Shown here one piece after another: positions 39,400-48,275 of a stretch of 64,000 nucleotides of DNA (position 1 is its first letter; each line of letters starts with the position of its first letter). The position numbers were made by a program, and so were the translations under genes. The stretch is taken from contig DATJAL010000016.1 in assembly GCA_035516255.1 (NCBI GenBank), forward strand, positions 80,629-144,628, in the 5' to 3' direction. The DNA is from Chitinivibrionales bacterium. GTDB lineage: Bacteria > Fibrobacterota > Chitinivibrionia > Chitinivibrionales > FEN-1185. The notes under the pieces were generated by a model, which was not told the DNA's origin, made no database searches, and saw only the letters and a list, made by a program, of their open reading frames with translations.

Positions 39400-40542
39400 A
39401 TGACAAACGACCGTTCACTACTAAAAACAATCGCCATACTTTTGATGCTTGTTCTCGCCGCCCGGGCCCAGCAGTCAAAAGAGCAGGGCCTTGTGCTGTC
39501 GGGCAGCCTGCAGGGAGACGTTGACGGACTGGAAACAGTCGACAAGAGCAGGCCCCTTGCGAACCAGTTCGACATGGCGGGCGCGACGCTGCTCACCCTC
39601 AACGGCAGCAATGCAAACACCGCGCATGTGAAATTCGACGCGAGCGCCGATTTGTGGCTGCTACTGGGCGCCTATGCCGACGCCTTCCGCGGCGCCGATT
39701 CCGCCGCGGCGCTGCCCGCGCTCGCCTCGCCGTCGTCGGCGCTCGTTCTTGACGTCCGCAAGCTTTACGGCGAGCTGTTCCTCTCGTTCGCCGACCTTTC
39801 GGTGGGCCGGCAGATCATCTCCTTCGGAGAGGGCCTGGTGTTTTCACCCATCGACGTATTCTCTTCGGTCAACATCCTCGACCTGTCGCTGCGCCGCCGC
39901 GGCAGCGACGTGGCGCGCGTGCGCGTGCCCTTCGGCGAGCTGGCGGGCCTCGACGCCATTGTCAAGGTGAGCTCGCGCGCCGACGGCGTCGCCGGCGCGA
40001 TCAAGGGCTACGGCCACGCCGGCAGCTTCGACCTGGGCGGCGTGGGCATCTACCAGGGCGCAAACAGGGAGTACATCACCGGCGTCATGTTCAAGGGCGA
40101 CCTCGTGGCTGGCGTATACGGCGAGCTCGTGGAGCACTGGCGCTACGGCGGCTACCGCGCCTTTGTGGGCATGCTCGGCGCCGATTATTCCATTGCCGGC
40201 GACTGGTATTTCAACGCCGAATACCTGTACAACGAGCGGCCCCAGCCTGCGGTGTCGCCTTCGCAATTTTCCCTTTTGCAAACCAGCGTCACCCTGCTGC
40301 ACCGCCACTACGGCTTCGCCTCGGTCCGGTACAAGATCAACGAACTCATGAACGTTTCGGCAAGCGCGATCGCCGACGTCACCGCGAAATCCGGCCTTCT
40401 CACCGCTCAGTATTCCTACAACATCCTGCAGAACGCCGACCTGATCGGCTACCTCCAGGCCTTCCCCGCCTCCAGCGACGGCCTGCTGGCCGTTCCCCAC
40501 GCCGAGATCATTTACGGGGTAAGAGTAAAAGTCTCGTTCTGA
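39400..40542 (+). CDS. Putative outer-membrane beta-barrel protein
   Basis: The ATG at 39400 follows GGAGGGG, with a signal peptide (LLKTIAILLMLVLAARAQQ). An alternating beta-strand pattern is present, and the C-terminus ends VRVKVSF (terminal Phe). Confidence 0.5.
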   Translation: MTNDRSLLKTIAILLMLVLAARAQQSKEQGLVLSGSLQGDVDGLETVDKSRPLANQFDMAGATLLTLNGSNANTAHVKFDASADLWLLLGAYADAFRGADSAAALPALASPSSALVLDVRKLYGELFLSFADLSVGRQIISFGEGLVFSPIDVFSSVNILDLSLRRRGSDVARVRVPFGELAGLDAIVKVSSRADGVAGAIKGYGHAGSFDLGGVGIYQGANREYITGVMFKGDLVAGVYGELVEHWRYGGYRAFVGMLGADYSIAGDWYFNAEYLYNERPQPAVSPSQFSLLQTSVTLLHRHYGFASVRYKINELMNVSASAIADVTAKSGLLTAQYSYNILQNADLIGYLQAFPASSDGLLAVPHAEIIYGVRVKVSF

Positions 40543-40574
40543 AACATTTCCATTTTTTTTATCAAAAGAAATAG

Positions 40575-40678
40575 AGCGCCCCGCAGCTTCGCTGCGGCGG
40601 CCGTCCTTCCGGTCTCGCCTTCGGCTCGGGCCGCCACGGTGCGATGGCGCCGACGCGCGAAAGGGGGAACGCCCACAC
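40575..40678. repeat. GC-rich intergenic repeat, family B (m2 module plus GGGGGAACGCCCA end)
   Basis: CGGCCGTCCTTCCGGTCTCGCCTTCGGCTCGGGCCGCCACGGTGCGATGGCGC ... GGGGGAACGCCCAC. Matches 3745-3790 and 54143-54192. Confidence 0.7.
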
Positions 40679-40758
40679 CAATTTTATTTAGGAGCAGATT
40701 CTACTAATAAAATTCTTTTTTCCCCGGAATGTATATTTTACCCTGGCAAAATCGCTAA

Positions 40759-40833
40759 CGGGGTGTGGCTCAGTCTGGCTAGAGCACGTGGTTTGGGACC
40801 ACGGTGTCGTAGGTTCAAATCCTATCACCCCGA
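40759..40833 (+). tRNA. tRNA-Pro (anticodon UGG)
   Basis: Acceptor CGGGGTG/CACCCCG, anticodon stem CGTGG/CCACG with loop UUUGGGA, T arm GTAGG-TTCAAAT-CCTAT. CCA is not encoded. Confidence 0.9.
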
Positions 40834-40843
40834 TTTTCTCTTT

Positions 40844-40920
<77 letters not shown>

Positions 40921-40927
40921 TACATAT

Positions 40928-40966
40928 CAAGGACTTACAGATGAACCTGTGAGTCCTTGTTTGTTG
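40928..40966 (+). terminator. Intrinsic terminator after the tRNA pair
   Basis: Stem CAAGGACTTAC pairs with GTGAGTCCTTG and is followed by TTTGTTG. Confidence 0.5.
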
Positions 40967-41346
40967 AAAATGCCCAAAATTGCCCACGAATTTTGGAGAA
41001 CCTCAATTTTGACCAAAGATCTTTACGAGAAAAGGCAGGAATTGGCTGGATCAAGCGCGGCAGTGGTATTTGAAAACAAGACTCAAACAACGTTCCTCAT
41101 TCAACAATCTTGGAGGGCGTCATGGGTTACTCCGGTTCTTCGCGGGACCCTTGCCGCGCGCGGGTTGATCGCCGGCGGCACCGCGCGAGAATAGACTAAT
41201 AAGAATTTTGATTTTTCATGCGCGTCCGGCCGGGCCTCTCGAGAATCCTTGCCGCCTCCCGCGAATTTTTCCGCGGCGGACTTTTCCGTCCGGACGAATG
41301 CAAGCGGCCTATTTGGGGTCCGTGCCGAGGAACCCGCGGGGCGGAG

Positions 41347-42195
41347 TCATTTCCCGCCGAGGAATTCCCCCACGATTCCATTGAACTCCCGGTATTTCTC
41401 GAATTGGGGATTGTGCCCGCAATCGTCAATCAGCACGAGCCTGGCATGAGGGATTTTCTTCAGCGCTTCGCGCGCGTTTGAAACCGGCATGAAACTGTCT
41501 TGTCTGCCCCATACGATGAGCGCCGGGGGCGAGAGGCGGTCGAGGCGACCGGTGATGTCGTCGCGTACGGCTTTTTTGAGGCCCATCAGGTTGCAGTTGG
41601 TCCGAAGGGCGCGGAAAAACGTTGCGCGGATTTCCGGGTTCCTGACGGCGGAGTAATAGAAATCGAGGAAATCCCGCACGTCGTTCTCGGGAGCGTGCAC
41701 GATCGAGCGCACGTAGATGGCGTAGAGGCTTCTTGGCGGGGCAAAGTTCACGCGGGCCGCAAAGGGAATGCTCGCGGCCAGACGCAGCGGCAGCCCCAGC
41801 CGAGGGCCCAGGGCCGCGGCCGCGGTGAGCACGATCCGGTCCACGGTTGCGGGATTGTCCAGGGTGTAGCGGAGGCAGGCGCCGCCGCCGAGCGAAAGGC
41901 CCATGAGCGAAAATTTCCCGCAGCCCATGCCGGCGGCAAAATCGCCCAGAAACCGGGAGAGCCATTCGAGAGAATATGCGGTGTCCCGAGGCTTGCCGGA
42001 TTTCCCGTGGCCGGGCAAGTCGAAGCACACCACGCGATGGGACCGGGCGAGATAATCGATGTTCTTGCACCATTGCTCGCACGACCCGCCCAGCCCGTGA
42101 ACGAGGATGATGTCGGGCCCCGCTCCCGCCTGCACGAAACGTGTGCGGATGCCGTTGACGGAGATGAATTGATCGGTCCAGGGAAATTGGAGCAT
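41347..42195 (-). CDS. Alpha/beta-fold hydrolase
   Basis: 282 aa. HGLGGS oxyanion region, nucleophile elbow GLSLGG, and C-terminal D.CGH. Confidence 0.85.
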   Translation of the reverse strand: MLQFPWTDQFISVNGIRTRFVQAGAGPDIILVHGLGGSCEQWCKNIDYLARSHRVVCFDLPGHGKSGKPRDTAYSLEWLSRFLGDFAAGMGCGKFSLMGLSLGGGACLRYTLDNPATVDRIVLTAAAALGPRLGLPLRLAASIPFAARVNFAPPRSLYAIYVRSIVHAPENDVRDFLDFYYSAVRNPEIRATFFRALRTNCNLMGLKKAVRDDITGRLDRLSPPALIVWGRQDSFMPVSNAREALKKIPHARLVLIDDCGHNPQFEKYREFNGIVGEFLGGK

Positions 42196-42224
42196 GATTC
42201 AGCGCCCTCGGAAGCTTCTTGCGC

Positions 42225-42926
42225 TCACAGGTGAAACAGCCGTTTCAGGTCGATCCGTTTGCTCAGGAAAAACCGGTGGAACGCAAGAAGGCCTTCGAGC
42301 GGCACGATTGCGGAAACGACAATGACCGACCAGCCGAATTTGTTTTGCCTCAAGAAACCGCCTATCGTATAGTCAAGCCCCACGCAAAGCAGGGCGATAA
42401 TGGCCAGGACCGATCCCACGAGGTATGTTACCGGCTTTATTCGCGCAAAGACGACCAGGGCCAACGCCGCGGCCGCGCCGGCCTCAAGGGTAAGAGGAAG
42501 CCCGAGAGGGAAAAACGAGTCAAGCGTGCCGGTCACGGTATTCAGGACATACACGAACAATGCGGTGGACGCGATCCAGCCCGATAACGCGATCCAGGGC
42601 CGCTTGATGAAAAAGAACGCGAGGGTGAGATATACCCACGTCACCGCGATCCCCCACAGCGGATACACCGACCAGGTGAAGCGGCCGTTTTTGAGCAGGT
42701 CGATTGCCCCCACCGAGCAGACCGCGGCGCTACACACCGCGGACGCGATCTCCCAGGAAAGGATTCTCCATGGCCCTCCGGGACCGTCGGACGGCGCCCG
42801 CGGGGGAGGATACGCGCGCTCCCTTGGCTTTTCGGGCGCGTCCAGTTGCTGAATAGGCGCCTGACACAGGGGACATTGGCGAACGGAATCGCCCACCTCA
42901 ACGCCACATCGCGAACAATACGGCAT
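42225..42926 (-). CDS. Zinc-ribbon-anchored polytopic membrane protein
   Basis: N-terminal CSRCG...CPLC zinc ribbon, a Pro-rich linker, then about 6 TM helices. Confidence 0.6.
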   Translation of the reverse strand: MPYCSRCGVEVGDSVRQCPLCQAPIQQLDAPEKPRERAYPPPRAPSDGPGGPWRILSWEIASAVCSAAVCSVGAIDLLKNGRFTWSVYPLWGIAVTWVYLTLAFFFIKRPWIALSGWIASTALFVYVLNTVTGTLDSFFPLGLPLTLEAGAAAALALVVFARIKPVTYLVGSVLAIIALLCVGLDYTIGGFLRQNKFGWSVIVVSAIVPLEGLLAFHRFFLSKRIDLKRLFHL

Positions 42927-42935
42927 GGATTCTCC

Positions 42936-44243
42936 CTATTCTTTATTCGTTTCGATGAAGACCCTGATTCCCTGCCAGCGGAGCGCGGCGAAAAAGAGCC
43001 TGGGCACGGTTGTCGATAGAACCAGGCCGGCAAAGGTTATCGTCACCCGTTCTCCGAACCCGATGACGCCCACGCTCAGCTTGAGCACGGAATTGGGCGA
43101 AGTGATGAACACGAACCTGTCGACGTGCCGGGCGACGGGTTCCGGAAACCCGACCCCGCCCAGGTTGGAAAGAATACCGGACGCGGTCCGGCTTCCGGAA
43201 TGCGAAAAAACCATGCGCAATATCGGAAGCTTCACGAAAAGAGGTATGAGTCGGTTCATCGGGTTGCGCGCGGAGGCCACGTTCCGGGCTATCTGCTGGT
43301 TGATGAACCGTTCGTCCACCTCAATCTGCATGTAGTGATGCACCGCCTTGAGGATATCGTCAAATTCGTAGGCGCCCAAGGCCGGCCTGATTCCGGGAAA
43401 CACGGTCAGGAAGAAATTCCTCATGGTATGCGACGGGTACAGTCCCCGCAGGTTGACGGGGACCATGACCCGAATGTCCCGGCGCGACCGCCCGCGCGAC
43501 CGGAAAAGCGCCCACAAGTAGTGCGCGGTCAGGAATTCGGTAACGGACACATTTCTCTTTTTGCTTTCTCCCAGAATGGCGGTTTTCGAACAGATCCCCG
43601 AAATAACAAGGAGATCGCCCCCGGGGACCAATTCTCCGGCGGGATGAAAGGCGGTGCCGAGAGCCTGGGCATGGGGAATTTTCTTGTTGAAAAACCGTTC
43701 GTAGGCGTCTTCGAATTCGTCGGCCGCGGGCTCTTGGCCGGGGCGGCGGAGATGGTCCGTGTAATCGAAAACGACGCCGAGAACGCGGAAATACTCCGCG
43801 ACCAAGGTTCTCGCAAACTCCAGCGCGCCCGACCCGTCCGTCAGGACATGAGAAAACTCCACGGAAATGCGTTTCCCGTAATACAAGACCCTAAACAGGA
43901 GGCGGCGCGCGCCGAAGTCCCTGCAGGGCGGATCGCGTTCTTCGCGGACCACGGCCGTCTCGCGAGCCGCCTGCAGGTAGTTCCAGAATACGCCATACCG
44001 GAGGTGGACCAGAAAATAGGGAAACAGGGCCATGGTCCCGTCAAGCGCCTTTTGCAGCGCCGGCGGGTCCACTGGTTCCTTCAAGACCGCGGCGACGCGG
44101 AATGCCGTGGGCGACCGGCTGCCGAGCATGGCCGCGTAGATCCGGGCTGCATTGTCAAGCGGGAACCACGGGGCATTGCGACCGGACGCCGGCGGGACCG
44201 GGGGCAACGGCCGGGGCGAATCGTCGTGCGGCAAGGGGTTCAT
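42936..44243 (-). CDS. Condensation/WS-DGAT-like acyltransferase (HxxxDG motif)
   Basis: The ATG at 44243 is in frame with ORF ..44315. The motif is VEFSHVLTDGSGALEF (HxxxDG catalytic motif of the CAT/condensation/PapA5/wax-synthase superfamily). Size is about 435 aa. Confidence 0.55.
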   Translation of the reverse strand: MNPLPHDDSPRPLPPVPPASGRNAPWFPLDNAARIYAAMLGSRSPTAFRVAAVLKEPVDPPALQKALDGTMALFPYFLVHLRYGVFWNYLQAARETAVVREERDPPCRDFGARRLLFRVLYYGKRISVEFSHVLTDGSGALEFARTLVAEYFRVLGVVFDYTDHLRRPGQEPAADEFEDAYERFFNKKIPHAQALGTAFHPAGELVPGGDLLVISGICSKTAILGESKKRNVSVTEFLTAHYLWALFRSRGRSRRDIRVMVPVNLRGLYPSHTMRNFFLTVFPGIRPALGAYEFDDILKAVHHYMQIEVDERFINQQIARNVASARNPMNRLIPLFVKLPILRMVFSHSGSRTASGILSNLGGVGFPEPVARHVDRFVFITSPNSVLKLSVGVIGFGERVTITFAGLVLSTTVPRLFFAALRWQGIRVFIETNKE

Positions 44244-44769
44244 GGTTGAAAACTTAGGGTACGGGAAAAATATCGGTTCGGGGACGCGCCGGGGCGGCCG
44301 GACAACTACAAGCATAAAATAATTCGAACCAGGGCAAACCGGCGGCCACCGGGCCCTTTTTTTGTACGAACAGGACGCTCTCCTCGCGCGCCCGCGCGAT
44401 CATGCGGATTGACGGGTAATTGCTTTTTCCGCGGGCGGGTGAGCGTATAAGGAAGGTTCTTTACAGACGCTCACTTTCCGTCCGTCTTCCCCACCCCCGC
44501 CGTCCGGATTCTAAAGGGCTTCGAGAAAAAATATAGGTATTCCCTTCTCCACATGTCAAATCCAGGAATACCCGTTTCGCGGCTTCGGCCCAAAGCTTAA
44601 AAGTCAGGCGCGGGGACTGTTCCTTCCACAGGCCGCAGTGTTTCAGAACTTTCGGATCACCCCATTTTCCTCGATGAACGAAATAATCCTCATCTCTCCC
44701 CCGCATTTCGGGCACATGAGCGGGGCTACCTCGTACACACACTTAATGAGCGCGGCCCACCTCATGCGG

Positions 44770-44956
44770 CATTTACGCCTAAACGTCGTGTCCGGTTCGG
44801 CTGTCCGAGCTGGCTGGAGGCCGCGCCGAAGCGCGGTGCTGCCCGGCCCTCGCCGGCAGGCATATAGGGACCGTGGCAGCTTGAGACCGGAAGGAGAACC
44901 GGCCCCGGAAGTGGGGGCGAAAGATTTTTCGCCTCTACATCCGGGGAACCGCCCAA
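44770..44956. repeat. GC-rich intergenic repeat, family B, reverse orientation
   Basis: The reverse complement reads TTGGGCGGTTCCCCGG ... TCCTTCCGGTCTC..GCTGCCACGG ... CGGGCAGCACCGCGCTTCGGCGCGGCCTCCAG. The module order is the same as at 54117-54245. Confidence 0.65.
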
Positions 44957-44971
44957 ATTTATGTAATCTTG

Positions 44972-45646
44972 TTAGAATTCCTTCTTTTTTGTAAAATCAA
45001 AAATCCACCCTAGCCCGGCCGAGATCGAAAACACGCTCTGCAGCAGCGTGCGGTCGTATAGGTTCGGCGCGTCGCGCTTATAAAAATCAATGAGACCGAT
45101 CGAATACCGGATGTCGATGGGGATCACGCCGTTAGCGCCCATCCTGCAATCCAGCGAAAGGCCGGCAGTGAGCCCGACATCCACCGGCTGGGTACTCGAC
45201 ATCTTGTCGTAGGTGTTGCCGCCGTACGACACGGACTCGGAGATAAGGGGAAATCCGATATACGGCCCGCCGTACAGCACGGGGCGAATCTTGTCCTTAT
45301 TGATGAATCTCCATTTTGCCAGGATAGGCACGTCGAGGTAGGTAAAATGAGTCGGATACTTGTTGAAGATGCTGAGGTCGATCGAGTCCTGGTTTTTCCA
45401 GCTTTCGCCTTTGAAGTCGAACATGAGCTCCTCCTGCAGGCCGAAGCTCTCGTTGATCCATTCGCTCGCAAAGCCGCCGAAGCACAGACCGAAACGCGGC
45501 ATCATGAGCTTTGATGTGTCGCCGATGATGCCGGACACATTGAGGCCGAGCCGTGCCCCGGCCGAGAATTCCATGGCCTGACTGGCCTGCGCAACAGCCA
45601 GCGCCAGCAGGATGCCTGCAAAAAGTCCTCCCCAATTCCGTTTCAT
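44972..45646 (-). CDS. Small outer-membrane beta-barrel protein (OmpA-beta/porin-like, OMP_b-brl family)
   Basis: The ATG at 45646 gives a signal peptide (MKRNWGGLFAGILLALAVAQASQA). Alternating strands are present, and the C-terminus ends in F. Confidence 0.7.
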   Translation of the reverse strand: MKRNWGGLFAGILLALAVAQASQAMEFSAGARLGLNVSGIIGDTSKLMMPRFGLCFGGFASEWINESFGLQEELMFDFKGESWKNQDSIDLSIFNKYPTHFTYLDVPILAKWRFINKDKIRPVLYGGPYIGFPLISESVSYGGNTYDKMSSTQPVDVGLTAGLSLDCRMGANGVIPIDIRYSIGLIDFYKRDAPNLYDRTLLQSVFSISAGLGWIFDFTKKKEF

Positions 45647-45764
45647 AACAGCAGCCCTTTCGTTCAACGAGTGGTATTTTTCCTGTTTTTTCGGGCGCCT
45701 GCGAGCGCCGGAACCGATACAGTTCAATATAAAAGTTTCCCGCCTTCAAAAAAACATTTTAGGG

Positions 45765-45907
45765 TTGATTTTTGTCCTCAGCATGGTATAATGAATGATG
45801 CGGGAAAAAGAAATTTCAGCTCCGGCACATGATGACCCTATCCCCCTTGCAGGGCATTGGCGGACTGAATGAGCCCGGGTTCCCCGAAAGACCCGGGCTC
45901 TTTTTTT
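45765..45907 (+). ncRNA. Candidate small RNA or terminated leader (promoter to intrinsic terminator, transcript about 110 nt)
   Basis: TTGATT (45765-45770), a 16-nt spacer, then extended -10 TGgTATAAT (45784-45792). The terminator stem GAGCCCGGGT/ACCCGGGCTC (45871-45900) is followed by T7 (45901-45907). No convincing ORF lies inside. Confidence 0.3.
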
Positions 45908-45908
45908 A

Positions 45909-45968
45909 CCTCACCCCTTTACCCCGCCCCTCTCCATGAGTGGAGAGGGGCGGGGTAAAGGGGTGAGG
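45909..45968. repeat. Family A hairpin, long form: perfect 28-bp stem with a 4-nt loop
   Basis: CCTCACCCCTTTACCCCGCCCCTCTCCA-TGAG-TGGAGAGGGGCGGGGTAAAGGGGTGAGG. Confidence 0.85.
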
Positions 45969-46049
45969 CGAAGAGAGGCGCGAGTTATTTTTCACTTTGC
46001 ATTCAAAAATTTTATCATCCACCAATAGCGCTGTCGAGGTACCTCAACC

Positions 46050-47447
46050 ATGAAACTGCAATTTTTCGGAGGCGCGCAAACAGTCACCGGTTCGCAATAT
46101 GTCTTAACGGTAAACGGCCGCTCGCTGGGCCTCGAGTGCGGCCTGTTCCAGGGACGGCGCGCGGAGTCGTATGAAAAAAACCTGAATTTCAGGTTCGACC
46201 CGAAAACGCTTGACTGCCTGATATTGTCGCACGCGCACATGGACCACAGCGGCAACATCCCGAACCTGGTGAAAAAGGGGTTCGGCGGGCCCATTTACGC
46301 GACACCGCCCACCGTCGACCTGTGCCGCATCATGCTGCGTGACTCGGCCCATCTCCAGCTCAAGGACATTGAATTTGTCAACGCGAAGAAGCGCAAGCAG
46401 CACGACACGCCGCTTGAGCCGCTGTACACCATGCAGGACGCGGAGGCGTGCATGGACAAATTCAGGACCGTGCCCTACCGCAGGCCCTTTTCGCCGATCC
46501 CCGGCGTCACCGTCACCTTCCGCGACGCGGGGCATATTCTCGGGTCGGCGGGTATGACGCTCGAAATCATTGAGAACGGCCGCACGCTGCGTTTCGGCTT
46601 TTCCGGCGACATCGGCAGGCCCAACATGGCCGTGATCCAGGACCCGGACGTGCTGCGCGACCTTGACGTGCTCATGATGGAAAGCACCTACGGCAATCGC
46701 CGCCACGACCATTCCATCCAGGTGGAAGAGGAGCTCGCCGCCGTCATACACGACACTGCGGCGACCGGCGGCAAGATCATCATCCCCGCGTTTGCCGTGG
46801 GGCGCACCCAGCAGATCGTGTATCACCTGCACAAGCTGTTCAACGAAGACCGCATCCCGGACATGCCCGTATACGTGGACAGCCCGCTGGCCTGCGACGC
46901 CACGGAAATTTTCAGGCAGCACCCCGAATGCATGGACCGCGAGACCAACCGCGTTTTTCTTTCGGGCCACGAGGACCCGTTCGGGTTTTCGAGGCTCAAG
47001 TACATACATGACACCGAAGCGTCAAAGGCACTCAACGGGCTCACCTACCCGCACATCATCATCTCGTCGTCGGGCATGTGCGAAGGCGGCCGCATCCTGC
47101 ACCATCTGCGCAACAACATCGAAAACCCGAAGAACCTGGTGCTGTTCGTGGGATACGCGGCCAAGGAGACGCTGGCGCGCAAGCTGATGGACGGCAACCG
47201 CGTGGTGCGCATCTTCGGCATGGAGCACGCGGTGAAGTGCCAGATAAAAACCATCGACGCGTTCAGCGCGCACGCCGACTCGCTGGAGCTCCTCGATTAC
47301 GCCGCACTCACCCCGCCGGCCAAGATGCGACACATCATCCTTGTGCACGGCGAGGAGGACCAGTCGCTGCCCCTGCGCGACGCGTTGATGGCAAAAGGGT
47401 TTAAAAATGTATCTTATCCTGCTTTACAGGAGGTAATTACTTTTTAA
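46050..47447 (+). CDS. Beta-CASP metallo-beta-lactamase-fold ribonuclease (CPSF73/RNase J-like)
   Basis: 465 aa. HAHMDHSGN (HxHxDH), later DAGHILGS, and the beta-CASP and C-terminal H motifs (..FSAHAD..., LVHGE). Confidence 0.85.
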   Translation: MKLQFFGGAQTVTGSQYVLTVNGRSLGLECGLFQGRRAESYEKNLNFRFDPKTLDCLILSHAHMDHSGNIPNLVKKGFGGPIYATPPTVDLCRIMLRDSAHLQLKDIEFVNAKKRKQHDTPLEPLYTMQDAEACMDKFRTVPYRRPFSPIPGVTVTFRDAGHILGSAGMTLEIIENGRTLRFGFSGDIGRPNMAVIQDPDVLRDLDVLMMESTYGNRRHDHSIQVEEELAAVIHDTAATGGKIIIPAFAVGRTQQIVYHLHKLFNEDRIPDMPVYVDSPLACDATEIFRQHPECMDRETNRVFLSGHEDPFGFSRLKYIHDTEASKALNGLTYPHIIISSSGMCEGGRILHHLRNNIENPKNLVLFVGYAAKETLARKLMDGNRVVRIFGMEHAVKCQIKTIDAFSAHADSLELLDYAALTPPAKMRHIILVHGEEDQSLPLRDALMAKGFKNVSYPALQEVITF

Positions 47448-47457
47448 TTTTTGAGAC

Positions 47458-47635
47458 AGCCGGGGGAGCAGGCGGCGCTGCGGACGCGGGGGCGCGGGTT
47501 CCAAGGGTGCTCGCTGCTGAGCGCCCTTGGCCGGGGTCCGGGGGCGGAGCCCCCGTGAAATGAAATGTCAGACTGATTTTCCTAAAAGAAAAGGCGCATA
47601 GCCATGCACCTTTTCCACAGGGGGAACGCCCAACT
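47458..47635. repeat. GC-rich intergenic hairpin cluster ending in GGGGGAACGCCCAA
   Basis: Hairpins CCAAGGGTGCTC..GAGCGCCCTTGG and GGGGGCGGAGCCCCC. The terminal motif is shared with 40664-40676 and, inverted, with 54117-54130. Confidence 0.5.
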
Positions 47636-47648
47636 TTTTATACTTTTT

Positions 47649-48173
47649 TTATTCTTTTCCCCCATAAAACTCCCAATGAACGATCTCATCCAGCTTTTTA
47701 CGCTTCTTGATTGGCGGCTCTGACGCAGGATACCCCAGCGGCGTAAAAATCACCGGCTCCACGGTTTCGGGCAGCTTCAATATCCTGCGCGCCTCGGCCG
47801 CTTTGAAATTTCCCACCCAGCACGTGCCCAGGCCCGCTTCCGCGGCCGCCAGCGTAATGTGGTCCGTGGCAATGGCGATGTCGACGTCGCCGTAATATTT
47901 CTCGTCGGCGCGCTTCCATGCGAGCGTGGTGTCGCAGCACAGCGCGAGGATCACGGGCGCGTTTGCAAACCATGAACGCTCGTAGGCCTTGAGCAATTCT
48001 TTTTTCGTCTCTTCTTTTCTGACAACAATAAACACCCACGGCTGGTTGTTGCAGGCCGACGGCGCAATGCTCCCGGCCTCCAGTATCTTGAGCAGCAGCG
48101 GCTCCTCGACCGGCCTGCTCTCGTATGCGCGGACCGAATACCGTTTTTTGGCGAGTTCAATGAAAGCGGACAT
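47649..48173 (-). CDS. Nitroreductase-family protein
   Basis: 174 aa. KRYSVRAY, APSACNNQPW, and the overall length are typical of small FMN nitroreductases. Confidence 0.85.
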   Translation of the reverse strand: MSAFIELAKKRYSVRAYESRPVEEPLLLKILEAGSIAPSACNNQPWVFIVVRKEETKKELLKAYERSWFANAPVILALCCDTTLAWKRADEKYYGDVDIAIATDHITLAAAEAGLGTCWVGNFKAAEARRILKLPETVEPVIFTPLGYPASEPPIKKRKKLDEIVHWEFYGGKE

Positions 48174-48194
48174 GGTTAATTCCTTTATCTGAAG

Positions 48195-48275
48195 CTTATC
48201 GAGTTGAAAGTTGGAGGTTGAAAGTTGAAAGTGATATCATTTTCCTTCCTTTGACCTTCTCACTCCGTCTCTTTG
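48195..48275. repeat. Intergenic repeat, family K, reverse orientation
   Basis: GTTGAAAGTTGGAGGTTGAAAGTTGAAAG (48202-48231) is the reverse complement of the 32925-32955 core, with minor differences. It is followed by a CCTTCTCACTCCGTCTCTTTG arm. Confidence 0.55.

Noticed and set aside
40921-41346. Non-coding stretch and ORF 40949..41194 after tRNA-Pro/tRNA-Arg as a remnant of an integrated element
   Set aside because: There is no integrase fragment, no repeat of the tRNA-Arg 3' end, and no recognisable protein similarity. It is treated as an ordinary spacer with a terminator.
44461-44742. 93-aa minus-strand ORF (…FVHRGKWGDPKVLKHCGLWKEQSPRLTFKLWAEAAKRVFLDL…) between the OMP gene and the acyltransferase gene
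   Set aside because: It has a non-ATG start directly after an in-frame TAA and no RBS. No family is recognised. It could be a gene remnant, but I cannot support a call.
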